A DNA stretch of 64,000 nt, taken from contig NC_043009.1 in assembly GCF_006345805.1 (NCBI RefSeq), positions 46,624,001-46,688,000 of the forward strand, in the 5' to 3' direction. Below, piece after piece: positions 39,431 through 52,053 of this stretch (position 1 is its first letter; the number at the start of each line of letters is the position of its first letter). Origin of the DNA: Octopus sinensis. Its lineage: Eukaryota. The notes under the pieces were generated by a model that had not been told where the DNA came from, made no database searches, and worked only from the letters and a program-made list of their open reading frames with translations. Made by a program: the position numbers and the translations under genes.

Positions 39431-41340
39431 TTAAAGTACAGAACAAGAAAACTTTTACTTAAAATATTGCAGCTAAGGATAAAATTTCAAATAAAATGTC
39501 TAGGTTTAGAAAATATTAGCTTTTATTAAAACTATCAGGTCATCCCATAAGTTCTGTCTGATTTTACCTTTTTTAAAACTGAATGAAATTTAATACCATA
39601 TGAGAATGTCTAATGGAGTTAAAAATTATTTTTATGCATTTGTGTACATGTAAACTCATTAAATATTATTTTACAGAATAACAGAATTAAATTTTCTTTT
39701 ATTAAAACCCTTTCTAACATGGAAGTGTCCAAAGAGCATTTAAGGCACATAATGCTTTATGAGTACAAAATAGAAACCTCTGCAGCCGAAGCGACTAGAA
39801 ACATACACTCAGTTTATGGAAAAGAATGCTTGAATGAAAGAACTTGCAGAAGATGCTTTGCAAAATTCAGAAGTAGAGATTTCAGCCTTGAAGATGAAGA
39901 TCGAAGAGGGCGTCCAGTTGAGTTTGATGATAAGCTCCTTGAGGCATTACTTGAAGAAACTCCTGCATTATCAGTTGAAGAATTGGCAATAAAGCTTATT
40001 TCAAACCATACAACTGTTCATCGTCATCTTCAACAAGTTGGAAAGGTTCCTAAACATGGAAAATGGGTGCCTCAAGAATTGTCCGAAAGCAACCGCAAAA
40101 CTCGAGTTGACATCTGCTCTTCTCTCCATTCTCACGGACTCGTTTCACCCATTTTAGATAGACTTGTAACTGGTGACAAAAAATGGATCATCTATCGAAA
40201 TGTTAAATGTCGTAAACAGTGGCTTGGTAAAGGGGTAAAAGGGAACTTCATGGGAAAAAGATTCTTCTCTCTATCTGGTGGGATTGCAAAGGATTGTTGA
40301 ATTGTTACTACCTAATTCAACAATCAATGCTCAAGTCTACTGTCAGCAATTAGAGCGTTTGAACCAAACTTTGAAGAAAAAAGACCCGCTTTAGTGAATC
40401 GAAAAGGAGTGATGTTTCATCAGGACATTGCGCGACCCCGCGGTGCAAAGATCGCATCACAGAAGATCGAAGAGCTTGGTTGGGAAAAAATTCCTCTTCC
40501 ACCTTATTCTCCGACCTTGCTCCTTCAGACTACCATTTGTTTCGTAGTTTACATATAATTTGGGGAACACAACTTTCGCAAGCCAGGAGGACATTTCAGA
40601 GTTCTTCGCTTTGAAACCAAAAGAGTTTTATATTGATGGGATTAAAAAAGCTTGTAAATAGATGGAAGGAAGTCATAGATAATTAGGGAAAGTACATTGA
40701 TGATTAAATTTCAATTAAATATAGCATTTGATCACTTGTTTTCTTTATTCAAAGTTTGGACAGAATTTATGGGATGATCTGATAAAAGTTTTATGACAAG
40801 TTATTACTTCTATTTGTTATTACTTGTTACTTCTATTAAAAATAAAAGTAAATCATTTAAAATATTTTTGCACTTCAAAAAATATTCATTTTTTCAATTA
40901 TTAGCTAATAATTATAAATTTGAAAACAATTATAACAATAATAGTAGTACATGATTGGTTAGTACAAGAAATAGAATAATACATAAATTAGTTATATATT
41001 ACAGAAAAATCTATCTATAACAACGAAGTCACAGTAAAATTTGCTTGAGTATTTGCCTAATATTGCCAAGTCTTCACATTTTTAGTCTTGACATAATGCC
41101 TATTTTTCACATAATGAATTTGCCTACCATTTATACTATTCTACTTTGAATAAAATTTTAGTTATATTGGGACTTCTGGCTCTCATTTTTTAAGTATTCT
41201 AGTGTGTCAATATTTTAACAAAATGATATTACCTTTTTAATTATAATGTTACTTTGTAAATTAAAATCATAATTTTTAATATTCAAATTTTATCCTTATC
41301 TGCAAAATTTTAAGTAAAAATTTTCTTGTTCTGTACTTTA
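39431..41340. mobile_element. non-autonomous DNA transposon with ~60-bp TIRs, hosting a mariner
   Basis: taaagtacagaacaagaaaacttttacttaaaatattgcag... versus its reverse complement at 41279-41340. Superfamily uncertain. Confidence 0.75.
39535..40782 (+). mobile_element. full-length (1248 bp) mariner, transposase disrupted
   Basis: 24-bp TIRs tcaggtcatcccataagttctgtc / gacagaatttatgggatgatctga with TA TSDs. ORF 39719-40300 has WVPQEL and LVTGDKKWI; then HQDIARP, YSP and GKYIDD* in shifted frames. Confidence 0.95.
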
Positions 41341-41764
41341 CCAGATGTAATAAGTTGTCCTGAACTTTTCCAAGTGTAATGACTTTTCCTATACTTTTCC
41401 AGGTTTATAATCTTAAGAATATTATTTCTCTTGTTCGCATTTTCCCATGCAATCCATGTTTTTTTCCAGGCTATGCTACTAAGCTAATTGATAATGTGTC
41501 AAAAGTGTCAATTAGCGGTGTCCTTGATAAATTTTCCTTACCTTACCGGTGACATATATTAAAAATTCCCTTATAAAACTATATTCATAAAAAAAAGTAT
41601 AGAACTATATTATCAACCTCAAATTTGAGAAACAAACACTCGTAACTTTTTTCTTTTGAAACTTCATTGCCTGAGATTGATATGAAATTCCTCGAATTGA
41701 GCTCTATCGTTTAAACTTAAATAAAATATAGTTTGTTTTTAAACAAAACGATTATATATATATA

Positions 41765-41813
<49 letters not shown>

Positions 41814-41849
41814 ATATAACGGCATAGTTAATGTGTACCCTAGACTATG

Positions 41850-43620
41850 TGTTCTCATCTCTGGCCACGATTGATATTTTACCAGCGGAGCTTTGGCCGC
41901 GAGTGCGCAACCTCGGCACATTCTCGCCAAGTTTTCGATATCTCATCAGACCCTTCATCCTTGCCATTTCTGGATGTCCGCTGTGAAATTTGTTGTAGTA
42001 CACCTTTTTTTTATGTAGTTGGAACCACCATTGTTTGGGCATACATCAGAATATCGTCGCAAATTGAAAGACTGTCATCTGAATTTTTGTTCTGTTTATT
42101 TTTTAAACCTTTTTTTAAATTTTCCAAGTACGGGATTGCAAATTCATAATCAGATAACATAGTACCTATGATTTGCTGGAATATTGCTGGTGCCACTTTT
42201 AATCCAAAAGATAATCATGTGTATCTGTACAATCCTCTGTGTGAATCTATTGTCAAATACATTGAACATATCTTATTTACTTTTATCTGTAAATAGGTTT
42301 CAGACAGATCTAATTTGGAAAAACAATTCCACCATTTAACTTTAGAAAAATGTCCTCTGCAGTTGGGAGCGGATGGTGATACGCCTTAAAGCGGTCGCTC
42401 AATTCTGTAGAGAAATCGGCAAACAGCCTAATCATATTTTTTTAATATATACCGTGGTTATCACTCACTTCGAGCAATCCACTCTTTTCTAGTTTGTCCA
42501 ACTCTTCATTTACAGTTTCAATTGCCACGAACGGTACTTTTCTGTTTGCTTTAAATACAGGTACTGCGTTTTCACTTACTTAGAAATAGGCTTCCCTCTT
42601 CCTACATAGACCTAAATCCTCTGATAACACTTGAAGTAACATATTTTTCATTTTTTTCTTCAGTTCATCCGAAGACTTTTTTTAACGAGACAACCATTTA
42701 TGTTATTGCAGTAAAGATTTATGGGGAGGTGTCATAAATGAAATAGTTCTAACTAATCTGTGCCAAACAGATTGATTGTATTATCCACAACGAACAACTT
42801 TGCTTCACGTGTCTCTCCTCGAAATTTTACGTCGGTACATGTTTTGCCCATGAAATGTTATTTATCGGCCGTTACACCATGGACTATTTTCGCTGTTTTA
42901 CGTTATATCGGTTTACCAATTTTTCCAAGTATCCGCATTTATAATCGAGATATCACTACCTGTGTCTAACTGTAATTTAGTATTCACGTCTTTTATCTTT
43001 TCATGCATAAATACTCTTGTTTTTCCGTTGCAATCACTCTCCGCTGTGTTTGAGCCTCGTACAATGAGAACTCTTGTGTCCCAGCTTCTGACAACAATAA
43101 CACTTTTGTTTCTAAAAGGACAATCCTTTTGAAGTGTATGCCCCCATAACCATAACACGCATTGGAGCCTGACACATCTTTTCACTGTGCTTTCCGGGAC
43201 AACCCATTTAAATTTTTGCTGGGTCATTTATGTTATTGCAGTAAAGATTTATGGGGAGGTGTCATAAATCAAATAGTTCTAACCAATCTGTGCCAAACAG
43301 ATTGATTGTATTATCCACAACGAATAACTTTGCTTCACGTGTCTCTCCTCGAAATTTTACGTCGATACATGTTTTGCCCATGAAATGTAATTTATCGGCC
43401 GTTACACCATGGACTATTTTGTATTTTTTTCACATCATATTTACGATTTACCTGGGTCACTTGCTCCATTTTCAAAAGAATCCTTTCCAGAATTTCTCTA
43501 TCTTCAAGTGCCATAAGTCCTTGCACGAAGATAAGTGATTTGAACATATCCTGAGTGAGACCCTGGAGTTTGAAATTTTCGCACGTACGGTTGACTACTC
43601 CGGCGTAAGTGATAAAATCA
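41850..43620 (-). mobile_element. Ty3/Gypsy LTR-retrotransposon internal relic, deleted and rearranged
   Basis: Gag knuckle-like CYGYGGIHFK; protease LQLDTGSDISII; RT APAIFQQIIGTML..AIPYL..DDIL; integrase-like HSGHPEMARMKGLMR. 196-bp direct duplication at 42695-42890 and 43225-43420. Confidence 0.8.
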
Positions 43621-43657
43621 TTCTCTCACTGAATCTCAATTTTCAAACTTATTTATA

Positions 43658-43690
<33 letters not shown>

Positions 43691-44074
43691 TGTATGTATG
43701 TATGTATATATATATATATGTATATGCATATATACATATATACATATGCATATATATAAAATATACATATATATATATATATGTATTATATATATGCATA
43801 TATATGTATATATAAATGTATATATGTATGTGTGTGTATATATATAAATGTATATATATATACACACCTTGTTACCCCTAAAGAAATATTAACCCACCAA
43901 TTAATTTTCTATTCGAAAGAAAGGATGAACAGACAAGACCTTTGAAAAAGTTACCGTACGATAGATCTTGGTCCATGTTTGATTTGGATTCTTCATTCCT
44001 GGGCCAAGTGGCTCTGTGTTACTTACGGTTAGAGAATTTATATGAATACTATCACATAACCAAACACAATCATT

Positions 44075-44912
44075 AAACGAAAAACACGGCTTTATTATAT
44101 CCCACCAAAGCTAATGCAGGTTGAGGCAAAATCCTTTGGGTGAAAGGTGACGCCATACTTCGTGCGTATGCGAAAATTTTTAACCAACAGCTGTGTCAGT
44201 TCCTAAAAGTAACGCTTAGAGTACAAACATCTAGTGTGCGCTCGTCAAATTTTCACTCAAGATGACCGGACGCATCGAGCAGAGACCATAAACCCATATC
44301 TCATCACCAGTGATAATCTTCATGAAATATGGGTCGTGGTCTGCACAGTGCAGCATGTCCTGAGTGATATCCATGCGGATTTGCTTCTGCTGTTCTCCTT
44401 GCAACTTTGAGGCCAATTTCGCCAACAGTCACTGCATGCGCAAATTTTCTGTTAAAATAGAATGCACCTCTCCTGTTAATATTTCCACCTTGTGAGCAAT
44501 TTCTTGGATTGCTACTCGACAGCCTTCCATGACTATTCGCCAAACCTTCTGGATCCGCTCCTTGTTTCGGTTTGTGGATGGCCTGCCAGAGCGGGTATTG
44601 ATCTACACCGAGGCACGGCCATGTTTCAAGCTGTTGTACCAGTCCTTGAGTTTTTCCGTGGCATCATTGCTGAAGGCTACTTGAATTCTGGGGGTAGCTT
44701 AAGTTTGAGTATTACCAAGCTTTTGGCAAACACAATGCACTAGCTGCGCATGACGCTGTTAGGTATAACAGCTGGGAGCTGAGGTGGCTTATCGGCGCAA
44801 AAGTTTTCAAGCATGCGCAGGTAAGGGTGGTGTCACGTTCCATCCAATGGATTATTCTTGTGCAGGTATACATTTGGCGGGAAAAATATTGTCGGATACT
44901 TTTAGAACACAC
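44075..44912 (-). mobile_element. mariner 5' half plus an inverted, diverged 5'-end copy
   Basis: TIR gtgtgttctaaaagtatccgac on the minus strand; IITGDEIWVYG; plus strand ATGACCGGACGCATCGAGCAGAG (MTGRIEQR) at ~44260. Confidence 0.75.
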
Positions 44913-45051
44913 CACCTGTTCTTCTGTGTTAATTCGTCATACACCACTTAATTCCTATAGTGACGACTTCATTATATTTTCTCTCTCTACCTACCTTAAC
45001 ATTTATATATTACCTATTCAAATTAAATAGTAAAATTAAATTAATGTATTT

Positions 45052-45162
45052 CCATATCACGTTGAAAGCACCGGTTCTCGTCTGATCACCGAAGTTAAGC
45101 AACGTCGATCCTAGTCAGTACTTAGATGGGTGACCGCTTGGGAAACCTAGGTGCAGTAAGCA
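45052..45162 (+). pseudogene. 5S rRNA: 5S rRNA-derived sequence, first ~8 nt lost, several substitutions
   Basis: ccatatcacgttgaaagcaccggttctcgtctgatcaccgaagttaagcaacgtcg...agtacttagatgggtgaccgcttgggaa matches metazoan 5S, including internal control region boxes. Confidence 0.9.
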
Positions 45163-45756
45163 TAGCACATTGTTTTTATCAGCGGTGGTGCCCCAGCATG
45201 GCCGCGGCCTTTGGGCTAAAACATTTTTAAGGATTTAAGAATTTAATCTATTTATTTTCTTTACATTATTTATTTTGCTTTATCTTGTTTTTATTTTACT
45301 TTATTTACTTCAATTTAGGTAACCTTAATGTGTTATACTTCACTTTATTCGAATCTAAAGATAAATTAATATTTTATTCACTCCATATAAATTTACATTT
45401 TCAGTTCTACTTTTACAGCTGGCACCATTATAACCCGTTGAATCTAATCTCGGGTCCCTTTTCTGCTCTACCCTATAGCCTACCAATAATATTTAGTACA
45501 ATTCCCTCCCCACTACACGTCCTGCTTGAATCACAATATTAAACTGCTATTGTCAGTAGACTTTATCTTGTTTACAGCTCTGATACGATAACTCACCCTC
45601 TTTGTCTATCTCATAATTCTAATCCAAACCGGACGTCGCCACGCTTACTTGGGTTTTTGCCATTGCATATATAATCTTCGTGATACATTACTGCTGAAAC
45701 TTCCCTTCCCTACTTAATTTAGTGCTGCCCCCCATTCCTCTCTCTCTCTCTCCTCT

Positions 45757-45809
<53 letters not shown>

Positions 45810-45810
<1 letters not shown>

Positions 45811-46520
45811 CCCTCTGCCTCTTCTATAATAAAAAAAGCCAAACGAATTTCTGTGTGTCAGTGTGTCACACTTTGATCCACTCTCTCACTATCCAATGAC
45901 ATTTCTTCTACTCCTCTTGCTGGGGTGAGAGTAATAGTAGGCATAGAGATGGTGAGGGCGGTAGGAGGTTGGCAGTTGAGATAGTAATGGGGTTATAGTA
46001 TAAGTATGAGCTGTAGTTGTGATAGAGGCGGTGGCGATGGTGATGGTGGTAGCTGAGACGGTCAAAGCATGACGGTGGTAGTAAGGGATGTGAAAGACAA
46101 TGGTGATGATGATGGAGGGGAAGGCGGCGAAGTCAATGATGTTGAAGGTGGTGGCGTCAAAAGACTGAATGGTGTGCGTACGGCAGTTGTGTTGGCGATG
46201 GTGGCTGTACAGGTGATAATGATGGTTGAATACCATCAACAGAAAGAGAGAGGGGGGGGAGAGGAGAAAGGTTAGACAGAAAAAAATTGTACACACCCCC
46301 GAATGTGAAGACAAAAAATACAAAACATGTTGTTTATCTTGAAGCTTTGCAATAATTTCCAAGTCGACATGATATCATTGTTTTGACGAAAATTGTTCAT
46401 TGCTTGAAAAATATTATTCAGACTTAATATGTTAAGTGTCATTATTAGGCTCTATGCCCAATGAAGAACCCTCCACAGGAGCTAGCTTAAAGCCGCCCGA
46501 TAGAGCGGCTTTTAAGCTAG
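45810..46520 (+). mobile_element. candidate non-autonomous Helitron
   Basis: A|TC start followed by ..tctataataaaa. Ends with hairpin aaagccgc-ccgataga-gcggcttt, then CTAG|T. Confidence 0.55.
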
Positions 46521-46704
46521 TAAATTATGTACACCTTCACTCTATCAGTTATACTCTATCTACCTTCATTCGTCCATGATCATCTTTCCATTACATTTGC
46601 CGTATTCCTCGCAAACCTCCCACTCGCAATCTACCCCATTCTCTCTTGTACGATGGAACTGCTAGCGACTAATATCCTTTATTATGGATATTCCTTCACC
46701 CTTC

Positions 46705-46790
46705 TTCTCTGAAGACAGCATAGTTGGTTTTTAAACGGAAATTTTCGCTCAATGAGATATGTACACCTGTTTTAGAAACAGCTGTAAGAA
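46705..46790 (+). ncRNA. hammerhead-like motif with a weak stem II
   Basis: UUCU-CUGAAGA...GAAAC-AGCU-GUA-AGAA. Confidence 0.5.
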
Positions 46791-47349
46791 ACGTTATACC
46801 GCAAGTTCTTACTCCCTTATTGCTCTGGCGACTTTACAATTATGTTTGAATTTACAAATTCTATATTCCAAAGTGATAATTTTAGGTATATATGTATATA
46901 CAGAAAGACACACGTAGAAATAACTATCTATACGCATACATAAAATATGGATAGAATGTGTACGTTAATACAAATTGTGCAGATAAGAGACGATAACGAA
47001 CATAAACAGAAAGAAATTGTAACAAGCAGAAAGTGATAGAAAGAAAAATCTAGAGAAAGAGAGGGGTGTAGTGGGGAGAGCGAGAGAATTACTGCAAGAG
47101 AGAGGGGGCGGAAGAGAAATCGGTCTTTTCAGGATTTTAGAAGGTCGTAAAAGCACCCAGCATAAGGATTCTAATCAGATTGACAAATAGCAAGTGTGTA
47201 TAATGGAAGGAAAAAACTTAATACATATATAACATGTCTGAATAGATAGACAGAGAGTTTGCAGATATACACAAAGGAATATACCCAGACATTTACATTG
47301 GTATGGACTCTTAGACACTCGCATACAATCCTAGATACACACACACCGA

Positions 47350-47381
47350 TTTGGTAAACGGAAACTGAAAGAAGCCCATCG

Positions 47382-47421
<40 letters not shown>

Positions 47422-47648
47422 ATATACATATGTGTGTGTGTATTTGTGTGTGTGTCTGTGCTTGTTCTCCCATCATCGCTTGACAACTGATGTTGGTGTG
47501 TTTACGTCCCCCGTAACTTAGCGGTTTGGCAAAAAGGACTGATTGAATAAGTACTAGGCTTACAAAGAATAAGTCCTCCGGTCGATTTGTTCGACTAAAG
47601 GTGGTGCTCCTGCATGGCCGCAGTCAAATGACTGAAACAAGTAAATGA
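47350..47648 (+). mobile_element. SINE body and tail with an internal microsatellite
   Basis: gaaactgaaagaagccc-(TA/TG)n-...ggtgctcctgcatggccgcagtcaaatgactgaaacaagtaaa; the reverse complement of the left part occurs at ~51810. Confidence 0.6.
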
Positions 47649-48603
47649 ATAAAGGAATATATATATTTGTAACGTCCTCGAAGTGTAGAAAGAGTATTTC
47701 TAATGCAGCAATGAACCTGAGTTTTAGGCTATCTACACTGTCGGATTCCGGACTAATACTAAAATTCTTCAGATGTAAAAACTTTGTGAGTTTATCGGAG
47801 AATAAAATACAATCCAAATAATAAGACAAAGGAAGACTTTAACACATCTTTAATGATCAGTCATAACTGTTTCTGCACCAGGTGTGCTTTCAACGCTAGT
47901 TCACGCCTAGTTTCAAGGTGTAATTGTATGCAATATTTGCGGTTTTAAACATTTGAGTAGCACATCCTTGGGCCAGCATCAAAAGCGCACTCTTACATTG
48001 TACCTCACAATGCGGTTTTAAACTGGGCCTTACAATGCACTCTTAAACTGTACCTTACAATGCGCTCTCACATTGTGCTCAAGTACGTTGAGGAAGGCAT
48101 CAAATCATACAGTTCGCTTTGAAGTTCGATACCAGAAACACCAATAAATCCGGGCATCAGTTATGTTTTAGATAGTATAACTTCAGTACACGACTTCATT
48201 TTATTTCGCTGTAGGTTTTCTCTGTTGCTGTATTTACTTATATCTTTGTTTATATCACATAATTGTTCTTAATTTAATCATTTTTCTTTTTCATTTTTGC
48301 TTTTTCTTCTCTTAAGCCCTCACGCTGAATTAGTTTGAACGAAATATCATTATCTGCATATCTGATAAATATTTATACGTTTATCCCCATGACGTGGTAT
48401 ATATTTTTCTTCTAATGTTGACTCTTGTTTATTTAAACACACGATCGGGGATCCGACAATGTCACACGCGTATGTATATACGTATGATTTTGTGCCTTTC
48501 TTTCCCATTTCTCAGCAATAACAAAGAGTTTCACGGGCCGGGAGTTACGCGCATAGCGCTTATCAAGCATGTAATTTCTCGCACTGTAATTTCTGCCGAT
48601 TAA

Positions 48604-48689
<86 letters not shown>

Positions 48690-48751
48690 CATACATACAT
48701 ACATACATACATACATACATACACGCACGTATACATACATATATGCACACA

Positions 48752-48822
<71 letters not shown>

Positions 48823-49045
48823 TATATATATATATATAGGGACAGAGAGAGAGAGAGAGAGACTGAGAGAGAAAGAGAGATTCGACCGATACTTTCTTCG
48901 ATGATAATTCATGTGTAGAATCCGTTTTACAAAGCCTATGATAAATTAGCATACAATACATTCACTGGTCTTGTATACAGTCTCCCTTAACTTAACACAC
49001 ATACACACATACATACACACTCATTTATATATAAGGTATATATAA

Positions 49046-49084
<39 letters not shown>

Positions 49085-49085
<1 letters not shown>

Positions 49086-51272
49086 TATTTTTCAGAATGA
49101 GATAAAAATGGGTGTGAAGATTTTAGAACATTTATAACTAGAAGGTCTTACAGCTGTTTACAGGATATATATTATATCCCTTCATCGGAGAGAGTGTGAG
49201 AAAATGGTTAAGCAATAGGTAAATTTAGATAAGATACGAAATAGAGAGTGAAGTGGAGGAATGAAAATCCAATAGTATCTAAAATTGGTCATTCCAATAT
49301 AGAGTTTGTACACAGTGCTAATGAATCAAGGGTTTTATTTAAAGTACCCTAAAAGTACGGAATGTTTTTGCAAGGTCAAATCGAAAACAGGAAGAGAGGA
49401 ATAAAGAAAAGAAAGAAAAAAAAGGAAAAAGAAAAACAAAGAGAGAGATAATAAGAGAACGTGTACCAGTTAGTGGTCAGTCAAGATAATTTGAAAGTAG
49501 GAATGGGGAGATGAGGGTGATAGAGAGAGAAAGGTATTAGAGAGTAAAAAAGATGATAGAGAGATGATAGAGGGGTGATAGAGAGAGAGAGGTAAAAAAG
49601 TAAAGGAGTATCAGTTAAGTAGTGATAGAGTCTAAGTGATGGGGCAGAGAGAGGGGTAGTAGTATGAAATGAATTTAGGAATATAGATTAGGTGGTTGGA
49701 CAGGTCACTGTTTAGTAATAGAAGAAAAAATATATATGAAGATTTATACATATGTATATATTAGACATGTATATATATATATTTATACAGATGTTTATAC
49801 ATATCAATATCTACATATAAAATTCGTATGCATGTGTAAATGTACACATGCACACCTATATGTAGATGTATCTGTATGTATTATCGCCCCTGTATACGCA
49901 GGTATGCATACCTTGCATACATACATACATTCACACATACATGCATACACGCATACACAAATATATATATATATATATATACGCACATACGCATGCACGC
50001 ATATACACACAAATATAATTAGATGCTTGTGATATTCGAATATGATTGGGGAATTAGGGATTAAGACTTAAAGTGTAGATTCATAGGGATTACCTAAGGG
50101 GTATTGTGGAAATATACTGTATGATCGTTTAGGCATTTGGATTTGTGGTAGAATTTGAATGTGTGAAAAAAGCGGTGGTTGCATGTGCTTAGTGCCGCAT
50201 TATGTCTATTTAGCAGTGCTGGAGAGTTGTGCTTTAATATGTGAAGCGCCTCCTTCAGGCAAAGTGTGCATGTTGAGCGTTTACGTCGGTAGGGAAGCCC
50301 TAAGTCCAGTATGGACTATGATAGAGTATAGTGTATATTTGTATTTTTGAGATGATGTATGTTGTTGGCGAGTGTTGTAGATTTACTATGTTTAGCGTAT
50401 CTAAAAGAATGGAGGTGGGTGGCATATCGATGCTTAAACTTTTAGGTTGATCCAATGTATATGGCTGTATAGTTGTGTAATAGATTAAGGACAGTGCATT
50501 TGTAAATTCCATTATATCTTCTGCAATGGGTTTGTAACGGGCAGATGGTTCCAGGACAGCAATTACAATTAGGTGAATTTTGGGGACTGCGTTCAGGAAT
50601 AGAGGAGGTAATATCGTCAGAGGAAAGGTTAGAGAAAGAGGTAGAAGATTCTATATTATTAATATTATTAACGTTCTGATCATCATTACTATTATTACTA
50701 TTGCTGTTATTAATTGTACTATTTGTAAGGGTGGTAGAGATTCTGGTGGTGTTCCAAGTAGTGTCAGTAGGATGGGATGGGTTGTGGTTGTGGTCTAATG
50801 TAAGGGTATCTGTGCTGGAGCTGTATGTGTGTTGAGTGTTCGTATGACTAGAGTTGTAGTTATGTGAGTTTTGATAGTAAAGAGAATGCTTTTGCTTATT
50901 AGAGGCTACTACAATAGATTCGAAGTTGGGTGAGGTAGAATAAGATAGAACTGTCCAAACAAATCATCTATATTCCTAAATTCTTCATTCCATACTGCTA
51001 CCCCCCTCTCTTTCTCTCTCTCTCTCTCTCTGCTCCATCACTCAGGCTCTATGACTACTTAACTGACACCCCTTTACTTTTTATACCCCTCTCTCTATTA
51101 CCCCCATTCCTTCTATCTTTTTACACTCTAATACCTTTCTCTGTCTATCATCCTCATCTCATCATTCCTATTTTCAAATTATCTTGACTTACCACTAACT
51201 TATTATCTCTCTCCTTGTTTTTCTCTTTTCTTTTTTTCTTTCTTTTCTTTATTCCTCTCTTCCTGTTTTTTC
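49085..51272. mobile_element. probable Penelope-derived relic with ~320-bp inverted arms
   Basis: 49383-49703 is a diverged reverse complement of 50951-51270. Degenerate hammerhead on the minus strand at 49146-49191. Confidence 0.55.
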
Positions 51273-51809
51273 TCTTTTTTCTTCTCTTTTATCTTTTCTT
51301 TATTTCTCACCTCCTGTACAGACATACATACGTACACAGATATACGTGCACATATAAATTTATATGTGTAAGTATGTATTCGTATTTTCGTGTATTCTTT
51401 TATTTGTAATCTGCTTTGAGTAACAATAAGCAACGCCCTGTCAAGTTGCAGTCAATATTATCGACGCCCGTTCATTGTGTCATACTTTCTTTATTAATTT
51501 TGATGTAGAAGAAAGACTAAAGGTAATTGTTGTACAAGATTGTAAACGGGCGTGACCGAGGTGTATTAGAAGGCCAAAAACTATCTTCAGTTGACATAAG
51601 TTTTGCTCTGTCAGTCAGACAACATGATTCTGATTTCGATTTTACTCGGTCAAGTTGTTTCTACAATAGGCTAATACTGAAAATTTTGGTGTAAAGAACG
51701 TTTGCAGAAACCTGTCGTATTTATGTATATGCACATAGAGGGCTTCTTGGTGGCATAAAAATAATTTTCCTTTTGCCCTTGTTTATAAGTTATATATACA
51801 GACATATAC

Positions 51810-51970
51810 GACGGGCTTCTTTCAGTTTCTGTCTACGAAATCCACTCTCAAGGCTTTGGTCAGCTCAAAGCTATAGTAGAAGATATTTGCCCAAGGTGCA
51901 ACGCAGCGGGACTGATCCCGAAACCACGTGGTTGGGAAGCAAGCTTCTTACCACACAGTCACGCTTGCGC
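51810..51970 (-). mobile_element. tRNA-head SINE 5' part
   Basis: Minus strand: gtgtggtaagaagcttgcttcccaaccacgtggtttcgggatcagtccc; a related copy lies at 8163-8290. Confidence 0.7.
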
Positions 51971-51993
51971 TTATATGATAAAAAAAAAATAAA

Positions 51994-52053
<60 letters not shown>

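Noticed and set aside
45052-45162. Functional 5S rRNA gene
   Set aside because: 5' stem missing, multiple substitutions, and a single copy outside any array.
46482-46520. Intrinsic terminator-like hairpin
   Set aside because: Eukaryotic DNA with no U-tract; better explained as a Helitron 3' hairpin.
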